Below, piece after piece: positions 19,638 to 29,500 of a stretch of 34,588 nucleotides of DNA. Origin of the DNA: a virus. Its lineage: Duplodnaviria > Heunggongvirae > Uroviricota > Caudoviricetes. Both the position numbers and the translations under genes were made by a program. Under the pieces are notes generated by a model. The model did no database searches. It worked only from the letters and a program-made list of their open reading frames with translations, and was not told the origin of the DNA. Position 1 is the stretch's first letter. Each line of letters opens with the position of its first letter. The stretch covers positions 1-34,588 of IMG/VR virus record IMGVR_UViG_2778261256_000005; one strand, written 5' to 3'.

Positions 19638-20761
19638 GCGCTGGCCTCCAGACTTGCATCCAGTAACAGACTGATGGTGATCTGCAGCGGTACTTCATAC
19701 GTACGCACCACAATGTAAATATCCACCGCCTTTTTGTTCTTCCAGACAATGGTCACGTCACCGTCCTGTGGTGGTTTCACCTCGCCCGGAAATGACACGC
19801 CGTTGATGCTGGCCGCAGTGGACATTTCCCGCAACGGACGGGCAAACAGCGTCTGGTGTGCGGCAATACTGCCCGGTGTACTGTTAAGTGAGCGATCGGC
19901 AATCTTACCGATGGCCAGCAGACGAACGCGGCGTGCAGCCTTATCCACAATACGCAGCGTCTCGATGGACTGGTAATCACCGCCCTCAACGTCCAGCGTG
20001 CGCCCGTCAGCCCAGTAAAAGCCGTCATAGTCCGGATACCACATCGGCACGCTGTAGCGCTGTGCTTCCAGCGCCTGAAGGGTCGCCAGTTCCAGCGTTT
20101 CGCCGGCACCATCTTTCGGCAGTTCATCACTGCCCGTACTCAGCAACGCGCCTGTTTTCACCCGTGCCGGACTGTCGGCGATGGTGACCGCACGGTTGCA
20201 GAGACGACCAGCCAGCACGCCCGGTTCATTCCCCCAGAGACGGGGTACCAGCTGTACCGCTTTTTCCGCAATACCTTCCTGAAGGGTGGACAGACGCACC
20301 AGATAATCCGCCTGGGCTTCACCCTGCTGCATCCCCTGAACCGCCAGAATGAACCACACCCAGCGCCCGTATTTAGCAATCAGTTCAGATCGCAGCGTTG
20401 CCGCCTGGTTAATCTGCGCTTTCGCGGCCACATCATCAGACAGCACCACACCTTCCACCGAACAGGAGACCTGTGCGGCCTTAACGGCATCCACCCATGC
20501 CCCCGGCTCGCTGTCTGCGGCCAGCACATGAACAAATCCCCACCAGTTCTGGCCGGCGTTCGCCAGTGCGGCCAGAACATCACTTTTTAACGGGCTGTCA
20601 CCCTCGCCCAGCAGCGCATCAAAATCACTCTGTGCGTTAACTGCCAGCGTCTTACCTACATTTTTGGTTCCCGTGCCGATAAACAGCAGCGTGCGCTCCA
20701 CTTCCGTGGTTTCACCCAGCAGCTGATTTACCTGGTTTACGGTCACAATTGGCCAGGTCAT
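19634..20761 (-). CDS. Tail sheath protein (gpFI-like position)
   Basis: 375 aa; size and position relative to tube/chaperone/tape measure. Confidence 0.55.
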   Translation of the reverse strand: MTWPIVTVNQVNQLLGETTEVERTLLFIGTGTKNVGKTLAVNAQSDFDALLGEGDSPLKSDVLAALANAGQNWWGFVHVLAADSEPGAWVDAVKAAQVSCSVEGVVLSDDVAAKAQINQAATLRSELIAKYGRWVWFILAVQGMQQGEAQADYLVRLSTLQEGIAEKAVQLVPRLWGNEPGVLAGRLCNRAVTIADSPARVKTGALLSTGSDELPKDGAGETLELATLQALEAQRYSVPMWYPDYDGFYWADGRTLDVEGGDYQSIETLRIVDKAARRVRLLAIGKIADRSLNSTPGSIAAHQTLFARPLREMSTAASINGVSFPGEVKPPQDGDVTIVWKNKKAVDIYIVVRTYEVPLQITISLLLDASLEASA

Positions 20762-21462
20762 GCTCTCCCCCTGATATCCTGCGCGTTAACATCCCAGCCG
20801 AACCCGATAGCCTGCAGCTGTCGCGCCAGCGCTTTGTTAAAATCATCCTGACCTATCCCCAGAAACGCCCTGGCAGGTAAATCAATCTGCCAGGACGTTT
20901 TGACCGGTTTGTCCTCCAGTATCCGGATAAGCAAACCTGCCTGTCTGGCGGTCATCCTTTCCTGTATTTCCTTATAACCGGGCTTACGCCAGCGCTTACC
21001 GCGCCTGACTTTATACCCGGCCTTGCGCAGACGTTTCGCCTGTCGCAGTGATGCAGGCTTGTCCCCCTGCTCACGGCCTTCCACCTGCTTACGGTTGACG
21101 GTCACGCTCATGCCGTTCTGCTGGACATACCCCACCACGCCGGCAGGCAGATTTCCCTTCGCATTCCGGTAATGACCGCCGGCCAGATACAGCCTGACCG
21201 ACTCTGTTTCAGGCATTTCCCGGATGCGGATCAGTTTCGGCATATTGCGCAACATTTTGCCTTTACGCCGGGTCTGTCGCGCCTGCCACTTATCACCCTC
21301 CGGCGACTGCTGATTGCGCACATTACGCTTTGCTGCAGCTTCCACGCCGTATTTCGCCATACGCCACAACAGCCGGTGACGTTTCGCAGAAGGTAAATCC
21401 AGTTTTTTCAGCGCCTCCTGGAGCTGGCGGAACTGTTCCTTGTTCAGCTCGCCATTTATCAT
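20758..21462 (-). CDS. Phage virion morphogenesis / tail completion protein (gpS-like)
   Basis: Basic 234-aa protein in S-like position; assignment by synteny. Confidence 0.45.
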   Translation of the reverse strand: MINGELNKEQFRQLQEALKKLDLPSAKRHRLLWRMAKYGVEAAAKRNVRNQQSPEGDKWQARQTRRKGKMLRNMPKLIRIREMPETESVRLYLAGGHYRNAKGNLPAGVVGYVQQNGMSVTVNRKQVEGREQGDKPASLRQAKRLRKAGYKVRRGKRWRKPGYKEIQERMTARQAGLLIRILEDKPVKTSWQIDLPARAFLGIGQDDFNKALARQLQAIGFGWDVNAQDIRGRA

Positions 21463-21941
21463 TCCTGCCCCTCACTGACCGGGATCACCGTCACCTCATC
21501 AGCCGTCCAGACTTCGGGGTTTGCCAGCTTCCAGCGCTGGCCATCAAACGGGATCTGGCCTTTGGGATCGGGAACCAGATTAAGTTCCTCCACCATTGGC
21601 AGCGTCACCACCATGATGGCGGTTTCCTGGTCGATGGTTTCGATATCAAATTCCGGCAGCTCGGCGTCAATGCCGGTTTCCTCAAAGAGCGTGCGCTCAT
21701 CCTGGCAAAGCCACGACATAAACAAAGCCATCAGGATTTTGGGATCGTACTCGCGGTAGGGATAACGCTCCCACGTCAGCACGGCGTTATAACGGATGAT
21801 GGCAATACGGTACTGCCCCAGCCCGGTGTCCCGCTGTGCCGGGATGAACGCGATCTCGTCCATCTGGCTGTCAAATCCCTGCATTGCCCGTCTGGGCATG
21901 TTCGCAATGAGAAAATCGGTTAATGCCGTTAACTGGCTCAT
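21459..21941 (-). CDS. Putative tail completion protein (gpR-like)
   Basis: 160 aa, position after head completion gene; ATGA coupling. Confidence 0.4.
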   Translation of the reverse strand: MSQLTALTDFLIANMPRRAMQGFDSQMDEIAFIPAQRDTGLGQYRIAIIRYNAVLTWERYPYREYDPKILMALFMSWLCQDERTLFEETGIDAELPEFDIETIDQETAIMVVTLPMVEELNLVPDPKGQIPFDGQRWKLANPEVWTADEVTVIPVSEGQE

Positions 21942-22390
21942 ATCATGGCCACCGTAATGCGTTTCAGCCCTTTGATGCGGCGTACTGCCAGTGTGGACTC
22001 TGCAATCAGGCTGGAGCGGGTTTCGTCACTTTCCTGCCCCGGATGGCTCTCACGGCGACCAACAGACGCAAATTCGCCCATCAAATCAGCTTTGGCACGT
22101 GCATATACCGCTTTGCGATAACGGGCGCACAACAGATTTTCGCCGTCAATTTCCACGCCCGAAACGTCCGCCGCGCGCTCATGGCCAGCATTGCGATACC
22201 TTGCCGCCACACTGACCAGATCATCATTGATTTCGCCGGCTGCAGTCAGCAGTGCCTGGCGGATGGTGGCCGCATCAATATCGGCCGGAATGGTGCGCTG
22301 GGACTGAAAATCTTTCACGCTCAGGTCAGGCCAGAAGCCATCATTCGTCAGAGTGGCATCGTCAAAATCAATTGAAGTTCCGCTGAACAT
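21938..22390 (-). CDS. Head completion/stabilisation protein (gpL-like)
   Basis: ATG 22390 preceded by GGAGA; track ORF starts at upstream GTG 22429. Confidence 0.6.
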   Translation of the reverse strand: MFSGTSIDFDDATLTNDGFWPDLSVKDFQSQRTIPADIDAATIRQALLTAAGEINDDLVSVAARYRNAGHERAADVSGVEIDGENLLCARYRKAVYARAKADLMGEFASVGRRESHPGQESDETRSSLIAESTLAVRRIKGLKRITVAMI

Positions 22391-22483
22391 CCTGTTTCTC
22401 CGGAAAAAAGCGGGCTGGCCGGTTTCCACGGGCGATACGCTTATGCGATCCCCTCCACCGCGCCCGCTTTCGGGTCGGTAGTC

Positions 22484-22675
22484 TTACTCGCCGCGTTTTG
22501 CGGCCTGAATCTCACCTTCTTCAAACCACGCATCAGATGCGCGGCCGTCAGCAGTCTGATAGTGGATCAGATACTGATTGCAGCTGTTGGTGTACTCCGC
22601 ACGGGCTTTGATATGCCCCTCTTCGCCGCTAATGGAAACTTCAACAACCCGGCCTAACTCATGCTTAAACGACAT
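22484..22675 (-). CDS. Small hypothetical protein (63 aa), translationally coupled to small terminase
   Basis: TGAtATG junction with upstream gene. Confidence 0.4.
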   Translation of the reverse strand: MSFKHELGRVVEVSISGEEGHIKARAEYTNSCNQYLIHYQTADGRASDAWFEEGEIQAAKRGE

Positions 22676-22676
22676 A

Positions 22677-23390
22677 TCAAACTCCCGTAGACTCTTTTTT
22701 CAGCGCCCGCAGACGCGCAGCAATACGCTGCAACATCGTGCCAACACCACATTTAGGGTCGAATCCCTTCGCCTGCTCCAGCAGTTCCTTAGCCCGGAGC
22801 AATACTTCCCTGTCTTCCGTTGCCGCTGCGCGTGGCTCTCCGTTTTCATCGCGTAGCAGGTGCAGACCGGCAAACTTCAGGTATTTGGCCTTAATGACCT
22901 CATACACATTCCAGTGCTGCGTCACGTTTTCCAGCGTACGGCCAAAATACGGCTCCACATCATGCCCCTGTACGGCTTCCGCTTCCGCCCAGGACAACAC
23001 CGTATCCGCCACAAACACCGGGAACGTACTGCCGAACGCGGCCGGGGTTTCCTGCCCCCGCTGGATTGCCACATCCGCCCAGTCCAGCGCCTGGTCAAAC
23101 TGGCCTGTATCAAACAGCCAGACGACACACCAGGCAAAAACAGGATTCTGTTGCACACTGTCACCTTCCAGCCAGGATTGCGCGGTTGGCATCCAGCGCG
23201 GTAACAGCACATCACGCTTAAATTCCATTCGCTCAGCGCGGCTTTCAATCGCTGCAGCTGCGGCGACATCTTTCTCCAGCGCGACAATCTGAATATGCAG
23301 GCTGGTTTCCGTGTCCAGAGACTGCTGCTGTCGCAGTAACCGCTCCGCTTCAATTCGTGCGCTGTGGCGCTGTGCCGGTGACAGTTGCAT
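22677..23390 (-). CDS. Terminase small (endonuclease) subunit, gpM-like
   Basis: 237 aa, AGGGGG SD; position after capsid gene; size close to P2 M. Confidence 0.75.
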   Translation of the reverse strand: MQLSPAQRHSARIEAERLLRQQQSLDTETSLHIQIVALEKDVAAAAAIESRAERMEFKRDVLLPRWMPTAQSWLEGDSVQQNPVFAWCVVWLFDTGQFDQALDWADVAIQRGQETPAAFGSTFPVFVADTVLSWAEAEAVQGHDVEPYFGRTLENVTQHWNVYEVIKAKYLKFAGLHLLRDENGEPRAAATEDREVLLRAKELLEQAKGFDPKCGVGTMLQRIAARLRALKKESTGV

Positions 23391-23400
23391 TAAATCCCCC

Positions 23401-24429
23401 TTACTCGCCTGCCGGAGGCGCGACAGGTGCCCCGATAGCTACCGCACTTTCATCAAACGCGGCGTACAGTTCCGGATACTCAACCGCATAACCTTCGTTA
23501 CGCAGGTATTTGTTTTCGTACTGTTTACGGTCTTCCACAAACTCCGCTTTACGCTGACGCGTGCCGCGCTGGGTGTAGATGTGCAGGTTTGGCAGTGTCG
23601 TAACAATCATGCGTTTGCCTGGCATAAACGGCGGTACGTAAGCCGTGCGGCCGGCGATGCTGTCAGACAGCAGTTGCGCGGCGATCTTCTCCGTGGGTTT
23701 GTCTGCTTTCTGATACAGACGGAACGACTCCGCCGCGACCAGATCAGCGCCGACAAGAACCACCAGGCGTGGATCATTACGGTACTGTGCCGGGATTTTG
23801 GCGTTGATAAGGTCGGAGGCCATTGCATCCAGCGACACGTAATCGCCTTTCCCGTCACCGTCAAGCACCACCGCATCAGTGATGATCTGCTGGCCGTCCT
23901 TCCACTCTTTGACGATCTGATGCCAGCCCTTGTTCACATCCTCGCCGTTCGGGTTGGTTTCCGCGTTCGTGGTCTCGGCCACTTTGGTACCGTTAAAGCC
24001 GATACGCAGCATATCCAGCGCAAACGCCTGATTGGTGAACTCCTGAACACGCTGGAAAAACTCGTTTTCATCGCCGGCGTTCGCCCAGACAGAAAGCAAC
24101 TGCCAGGTGAGTGCGGCGCATGAGTCGGTCTCGACCAGACTGTAATCATTACCACTCACGCCCACTTTCTTACGGAAGCGGCCATCCAGTACACGCCCGG
24201 TATACAGGCCAGAGCTGCCAACCGGAACCACCTGCCCCTGCAGCTGATCGACATCGGCAACGGTGATCAGATTCAGGAAATCAGACTGCTCCATCAGCGC
24301 ATTGCGCAGCTGGGTTTCTTTGGGGTCGGTGAGTGCAAACCAGCGTTCGCTGTCGGTCGCCCCGTAGGATTCACGCAGCCCGGTGTGATACTGAAGCAGA
24401 AACTCACGGGCTTTCGCATTTAATTGCAT
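23401..24429 (-). CDS. Major capsid protein, P2 gpN family
   Basis: 342 aa; position between scaffold and small terminase; size close to P2 N. Confidence 0.8.
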   Translation of the reverse strand: MQLNAKAREFLLQYHTGLRESYGATDSERWFALTDPKETQLRNALMEQSDFLNLITVADVDQLQGQVVPVGSSGLYTGRVLDGRFRKKVGVSGNDYSLVETDSCAALTWQLLSVWANAGDENEFFQRVQEFTNQAFALDMLRIGFNGTKVAETTNAETNPNGEDVNKGWHQIVKEWKDGQQIITDAVVLDGDGKGDYVSLDAMASDLINAKIPAQYRNDPRLVVLVGADLVAAESFRLYQKADKPTEKIAAQLLSDSIAGRTAYVPPFMPGKRMIVTTLPNLHIYTQRGTRQRKAEFVEDRKQYENKYLRNEGYAVEYPELYAAFDESAVAIGAPVAPPAGE

Positions 24430-24463
24430 ATTCTTTTTCCTTAAAGAAAAGTAGTGTTATCCC

Positions 24464-25303
24464 TTACAGGAAATTGAAGCCTTTTTTGCCCTTGCTGAAT
24501 TTCTTGTCCGGCAGTTGAGTAACTTTGTTATTCAGCTTGCTGAAGTTTTTCACCAGCTCCGGCAGGTTCCCCACCAGACGCGCAAAATCTTCGGTGTCCA
24601 CTACTTCCTTCACGGTGTCCACATCGTCCTGCACATCAGATACCGCTTCTTCCGCCTCACCCAGACGGGTTTCAATAGCAGATACGCGCTTATCAATGGC
24701 ATCCAGCGCTTCAGCCAGCGCCTGTAAGGCATCAGACTGTGAAGGTTCCTGCTCCGGGGTCTGCTCCGGTTCTTCGATACTGAAAAAATGGCGCCAGCCC
24801 TTTTTCGCTGTCTTTGACATTCCCTTTTCCTTTTTAAATTCCCTGACTTCATCAAACGCCAGCGGCTTGTATGGTCCGATGCGTTTTCCCCTGGTGCGGC
24901 TGAAACGTAACCGTGTGGTGCTTACCCCGGCCGGACTGTCAGTAATGGCCAGTCCCTCAAGATAGGTTTTCCCGGTATTTCTGAAATTGCCGTCCGGTGT
25001 AAACTCCGGTGATAAAAATAAAAGCTGACCGTCTGCATTTGCCTGTAGCAATGAAATCGCCGGACAGAGGCGGGCATATAAACGAAGAATACCTTCATCA
25101 TCCCGCTCGGCTTTTACTTCCAGCACCTCCCCCATATTCCCGAAATTACGGGAATGTTCCGGCCATAACAGCGCGGTATACAAAGAGGGGTCATATAATT
25201 CAGCGGCATCAAGCAACCATTGTTCTTCAATAAATCGCTTATCAACCGTTTCACCCGCAGTGGCGATACAAATCCAGTTTGTTGCCAGTTGTGAACCTGA
25301 CAT
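24464..25303 (-). CDS. Capsid scaffolding protein, gpO family
   Basis: ATG 25303 preceded by GGAGG; acidic coiled-coil C-terminus; divergent from terminase as in P2. Confidence 0.8.
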   Translation of the reverse strand: MSGSQLATNWICIATAGETVDKRFIEEQWLLDAAELYDPSLYTALLWPEHSRNFGNMGEVLEVKAERDDEGILRLYARLCPAISLLQANADGQLLFLSPEFTPDGNFRNTGKTYLEGLAITDSPAGVSTTRLRFSRTRGKRIGPYKPLAFDEVREFKKEKGMSKTAKKGWRHFFSIEEPEQTPEQEPSQSDALQALAEALDAIDKRVSAIETRLGEAEEAVSDVQDDVDTVKEVVDTEDFARLVGNLPELVKNFSKLNNKVTQLPDKKFSKGKKGFNFL

Positions 25304-25446
25304 ATTGCCTCCGTTCATGCTGCGGTTTTCAGTATCGCCAATAAAATTAACCGCCGCATTCACTTCATTTCGGATATAGGCTATTAGCCGAACACATCAG
25401 AAATAAAGCGGGATTTAATATACAAACGCCCGTGCATAATGTGTGC

Positions 25447-27228
25447 ATGGCTAAATATTCAGAAGAATTAAAAGGCGTTGCGCGGGCGCTTTATTTAAAA
25501 CGCTATACCCCGCAGGAAATTGCCAGCGAACTTAATCTGCCTAACAGACGCATTGTCTATTACTGGGCGGAGAAATATTGCTGGGCGGAATTACTCAGTC
25601 ATGAATCCACCGAAGATGCATTAAACCGTCGCATTCAGTCACTGACATTACGTGAAGGGAAATCGGAGCTGGAGCTGCGGGAGCTGGACAGTCTCGTTTC
25701 TCACCTGGTGAAACTACGTGCACAGCACAATAAGCATCAGGAAAAGCTGGCAGAAATTAAACACAGTGAAAATGATGCGCCGGCGCGTCAGTCCGGTGGC
25801 GACGAAAAGCCCCGGAAACGTGGCAAGTACAAAAAGAACGACATCAGCGGACTGACACAGGAAGATTTTGACCGGTTCGCGCTGGAGCACCTTTTCGGTT
25901 ACCAGAAACACCTTCGCGCTAATCTTCATCAGCAAATCAGGAACATCCTGAAAAGCCGCCAGATTGGTGCAACCTGGTATTTCTCAATAGAAGCCTTTGA
26001 GAATGCGGTCATGACAGGCGATCCGCAAATCTTCCTGTCCGCATCAAAGGCTCAGGCGGAAGTATTCCGCAGCTATATCGTCAACATTGCGGAGCAGTAT
26101 TTCGGCGTGGAGCTGACGGGAAACCCCATCCGCCTCTCCAACGGCGCGGAGATGCGATTCCTGTCCACCAACAAGAACACCGCCCAGTCATACAGCGGCC
26201 ATCTGTACTGCGATGAATATTTCTGGGTACCCAACTTTGCAAAATTAAACGAAGTGGCCAGCGCGATGGCCACACACGACAAATGGCGAACCACCTACTT
26301 TTCCACCCCCAGCAGCAAAACGCACCAGGCGTACCCGTTCTGGACTGGTGAAGAATGGAAGCGCGGTGACAAAAAACGCGCGCGCGTACAATTTCCCACG
26401 GAGAAGGAGCTGCGCGACGGTGGACGGTTATGTCCTGATGGGCAGTGGCGCTACATCATCACAATGGAAGACGCGATCGCAGGCGGGTTTAATCTCGCCA
26501 GCATCGGGAAGCTGCGCAACCGCTACAACCGCGACACTTTCAACATGCTGTATATGTGCGTGTTCGTGGACAGCAAGGACAGCGTATTTTCGTTCTCTCA
26601 CGTAGAACGCTGCTGTGTAGATCCGGATATCTGGGAGGATCATGACGAAAACCTGCCCCGGCCGTTCGGCAACCGTGAAGTGTGGGCGGGTTATGACCCG
26701 GCTCGCAGCGGAGACACCTCCACCTTCGTGATCATCGCGCCGCCGATAGTGGCCGGCGAAAAATTTCGGGTACTGCGTGTATTCCACTGGCAGGGGATGA
26801 ACTGGAAGTGGCAGGCGGCACAGATTAAGAAGCTGTTTGGCCAGTACAACATGACCTACATCGGCATTGATATCACTGGACTGGGTAGCGGTGTCTTTGA
26901 AGACGTTCAGCACTTTGCCATGCGTCAGGCAGTGGCGATCCGCTACGGCGTCGAGACCAAAAATCGTCTGGTGATGAAGATGATCGACGTTATCGAAGAC
27001 GGCCGCGTGGAATGGGATAAGGAGAAGACCGAAATCGCCGCCAGCTTTATGACCATCCGCCGTACGTCCACGGCCAGCGGCAACGCAATGACTTTCGTCG
27101 CCGATCGCACAGCAGAAACAGGACACGCAGACAGTTTCTGGGCTATCGCCCATGCCATTGACAACGAGCCATTAAACTTTGAAAACCAGCGAAAATCACG
27201 CTGGGGTAACTTAGGGAAAGCAGCATGA
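25447..27228 (+). CDS. Terminase large (ATPase) subunit, gpP-like
   Basis: ~593 aa; first ATG 25447 (track ORF starts at GTG 25432); followed by overlapping portal gene. Confidence 0.8.
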   Translation: MAKYSEELKGVARALYLKRYTPQEIASELNLPNRRIVYYWAEKYCWAELLSHESTEDALNRRIQSLTLREGKSELELRELDSLVSHLVKLRAQHNKHQEKLAEIKHSENDAPARQSGGDEKPRKRGKYKKNDISGLTQEDFDRFALEHLFGYQKHLRANLHQQIRNILKSRQIGATWYFSIEAFENAVMTGDPQIFLSASKAQAEVFRSYIVNIAEQYFGVELTGNPIRLSNGAEMRFLSTNKNTAQSYSGHLYCDEYFWVPNFAKLNEVASAMATHDKWRTTYFSTPSSKTHQAYPFWTGEEWKRGDKKRARVQFPTEKELRDGGRLCPDGQWRYIITMEDAIAGGFNLASIGKLRNRYNRDTFNMLYMCVFVDSKDSVFSFSHVERCCVDPDIWEDHDENLPRPFGNREVWAGYDPARSGDTSTFVIIAPPIVAGEKFRVLRVFHWQGMNWKWQAAQIKKLFGQYNMTYIGIDITGLGSGVFEDVQHFAMRQAVAIRYGVETKNRLVMKMIDVIEDGRVEWDKEKTEIAASFMTIRRTSTASGNAMTFVADRTAETGHADSFWAIAHAIDNEPLNFENQRKSRWGNLGKAA

Positions 27229-28244
27229 AAAAACGGAAATACAGGGAACGCCGCACCGCCAGCAAGCCGCGCCATATGAGCCTTATTACCCTGGGTAAAC
27301 CGGAACCCATTCTGACGACCGGCACAAACTACACAGACGTCTGGTATGACAATGAAGCGGAACACTGGACGCTCCCGATTGACCGGCTGGCGCTGGCGCA
27401 ACTGGTGAACCTGAACGCGCAGCACGGCGGTGTGCTGTATGCCCGTCGCAATATGGTGACGGCAAACTATAAAGACGGCGGACTGACGCATGAACAGCTT
27501 GGTGCAGCCGTGTTCGACTGGCTGACCTTCGGTGATGTGGCCATTCTGAAAGTGCGTAACGGCTGGGGGGATGTGGTGGCACTGTACCCGCTGCCGGCAC
27601 TCTATACCCGCCAGCGTAAGACCGGGGAGTTTGTGGTACTGCAGCAGGGTGAACCGATGATTTATCCGCCTGAAGATATTATTTTTCTCAGGCAGTACGA
27701 TCCGCAACAGGCGATTTATGGTCTGCCGGATTATATCAGCGGTATCCATTCTGCCCTGCTTAACGGTGAGGCAACAATTTTTCGTCGGCGTTACTACCAT
27801 AACGGCGGACACACAGGTGGCATGATCTACTGTAACGACCCAAATATGACTGATGAAGTGGAAGAAGAAATTATTCAGAAGCTGGAGCAGTCAAAGGGGA
27901 TCGGGAACTTCAGCACCATGTTTGTGAACATCCCCAAAGGCGATCCGGACGGCATCAAATTTATCCCGATTGGGGATATCAGCGCCAAAGATGAGTTTCA
28001 GAACATCAAGAGCATCAGCGCCCAGGACGTACTGACCGCGCATCGATTCCCGGCAGGACTGGCGGGGATTATCCCGACGAACGGCGCAGTAATGGGAGAT
28101 GTTGAGAAAGCGTCCAAAACCTACCGCAAAGCAGAAATTTTGCCCATTCAGCGCATGTTTACCGCCGCAGTGGAACAGGAAAGTGATGTACCGCCCCACC
28201 TGTACCTTAATTTCCTGAAAGACAGTGAGCTGGAAGGTGATTAA
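27225..28244 (+). CDS. Portal protein, gpQ-like
   Basis: 339 aa; ATGA overlap with terminase stop; size close to P2 Q. Confidence 0.8.
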   Translation: MKKRKYRERRTASKPRHMSLITLGKPEPILTTGTNYTDVWYDNEAEHWTLPIDRLALAQLVNLNAQHGGVLYARRNMVTANYKDGGLTHEQLGAAVFDWLTFGDVAILKVRNGWGDVVALYPLPALYTRQRKTGEFVVLQQGEPMIYPPEDIIFLRQYDPQQAIYGLPDYISGIHSALLNGEATIFRRRYYHNGGHTGGMIYCNDPNMTDEVEEEIIQKLEQSKGIGNFSTMFVNIPKGDPDGIKFIPIGDISAKDEFQNIKSISAQDVLTAHRFPAGLAGIIPTNGAVMGDVEKASKTYRKAEILPIQRMFTAAVEQESDVPPHLYLNFLKDSELEGD

Positions 28245-28297
28245 TGTTCGCAAAAAGGCTAAAATATCATCGTTTTCCAACTTCCGGAGCGATGGAT

Positions 28298-28573
28298 ATG
28301 CGGGTAATGAAGGTTTACTGTCCGGTATGTGAGGCAAGGGCTGTTATCAAAAAAACAGCCCGAAAACACAAGGAACTGTCGGATTTATATTGCGCGTGTA
28401 CCGATGTTGAATGTGGTCACACTTTTGTGATGAATATGACATTCTCACATACCATCAGCCCCAGCGCCAAATCCAGCGATGCGTTGATCGCCACTATCTG
28501 TAACAGCCTTGATATCCAGCAAAAGCAGCTGATGTTAAAGTTTCTGAGTCAGGACGGCACTGCTGCCGCATAG
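28298..28573 (+). CDS. Ogr/Delta-family zinc-finger late-gene activator
   Basis: CPVC-x21/23-CAC-x4-C-GHTF pattern aligns with P2 Ogr CPLC...C...C..TF; start ambiguous (ATG 28244 TAATG-coupled to portal, 28298 with GGAG, or 28307). Confidence 0.6.
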   Translation: MRVMKVYCPVCEARAVIKKTARKHKELSDLYCACTDVECGHTFVMNMTFSHTISPSAKSSDALIATICNSLDIQQKQLMLKFLSQDGTAAA

Positions 28574-28575
28574 AA

Positions 28576-28605
28576 AAAAGCACCGCTACCGGTGCTTTTA
28601 TTTTC
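28576..28605 (+). terminator. Rho-independent terminator after ogr-like gene
   Basis: Stem agcaccg (28579-28585) / cggtgct (28590-28596), loop ctac, T-run. Confidence 0.65.
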
Positions 28606-28678
28606 TGAGATGTAACAGATTCCCATCTATCAACGTCGATGAATGACCAAGTGATTAATAGTCCCCCCCTCCTAAACA

Positions 28679-28687
28679 TGATATTAT
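28679..28687 (+). promoter_or_regulatory. Candidate extended -10 promoter element (TGaTATTAT) for the glycosyltransferase cargo gene
   Basis: TG at 28679-28680, hexamer tattat 28682-28687, about 25 nt upstream of ATG with GGGAGG SD. Confidence 0.3.
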
Positions 28688-28712
28688 CTTTCCAAATTTT
28701 GGGAGGCATCTT

Positions 28713-29432
28713 ATGTTAATAGTCTCAGTTCTTAAATGTAGTAAAGAGTTTACCCCTAAACACGCCCAATGGCTTCATCGTCAGTTCAAAGATATTCCAT
28801 CTATATGTTTAACCGATGCAGATAATATTCCTGGAGTTAACACAACCCCTTTGCTTTATAACTGGCCGGGATGGTGGTCTAAAATTGAACTATTTAATCC
28901 TAATCACCCAGTCCTTGGAGACCAAGATTTACTCTATTTTGACGTAGATGTTGTGGTCACGGGAGATATTCATATTTTCGAAGGTGCGAAGAAATTTACA
29001 ATGCTTCGGGAGTTTAACCATGCCTCAAGAGTAAACTCATCAATAATGATGATTCCGGCGTCGATTAAAAAGACGATTTGGGAACAATTCATTATTGATC
29101 CTGAGAAAATTATGCGCAATTGTCAGACTGAAGACAAATGGGGTGATCAGGGATTTCTCGGTAGCATCATAAAACCAGCCCTATGGCAGGATATCATTCC
29201 TGGCTCAATTGTTAGTTATAAATGTGACATCGCCACCCCCTCGATGATTGGCTTCAATGCAAATTTAGCCTCTGAGGCTGCGACAGGGAAAGTCCCTGAT
29301 AATGTGGCGGTTGTTTGCTTTCATGGCAGTCCACGCCCCTGGCGTACTGGTTTTGATTGGGTTCCTTCGTTTTCCCTGCGGGATACTCTGTACGGTAAAT
29401 TAAAGAACTTTAAAATAAGAATGAAGCAATAA
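28713..29432 (+). CDS. GT8-family (GT-A fold, retaining) glycosyltransferase-like protein, 239 aa
   Basis: AT-rich ORF with strong SD (GGGAGG); motifs LLYFDVDVVV (DxD), WGDQGFL and VVCFHGSPRPW align with LgtC/WaaJ-type GT8 motifs (YLDIDVLV, QDQDILN, HYCGPAKPW); no signal peptide or TMD. Confidence 0.6.
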   Translation: MLIVSVLKCSKEFTPKHAQWLHRQFKDIPSICLTDADNIPGVNTTPLLYNWPGWWSKIELFNPNHPVLGDQDLLYFDVDVVVTGDIHIFEGAKKFTMLREFNHASRVNSSIMMIPASIKKTIWEQFIIDPEKIMRNCQTEDKWGDQGFLGSIIKPALWQDIIPGSIVSYKCDIATPSMIGFNANLASEAATGKVPDNVAVVCFHGSPRPWRTGFDWVPSFSLRDTLYGKLKNFKIRMKQ

Positions 29433-29500
29433 AGATAACGCCCCTATTGCTTCAATGTTCGCTCCTTCCCCTAACAATAAAGTTAGGCACTAGTGAACCG

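Noticed and set aside
25714-27812. Large minus-strand ORFs (241 and 289 aa) opposite terminase and portal genes
   Set aside because: Antisense to genes with clear synteny and coupling; no independent start signals.
28570-28610. Possible P2-type cos site near the portal/ogr 3-prime end (aaagcac shared with remembered P2 cohesive end)
   Set aside because: Only a 7-nt match; the segment is fully explained as a terminator hairpin. cos position remains undetermined.
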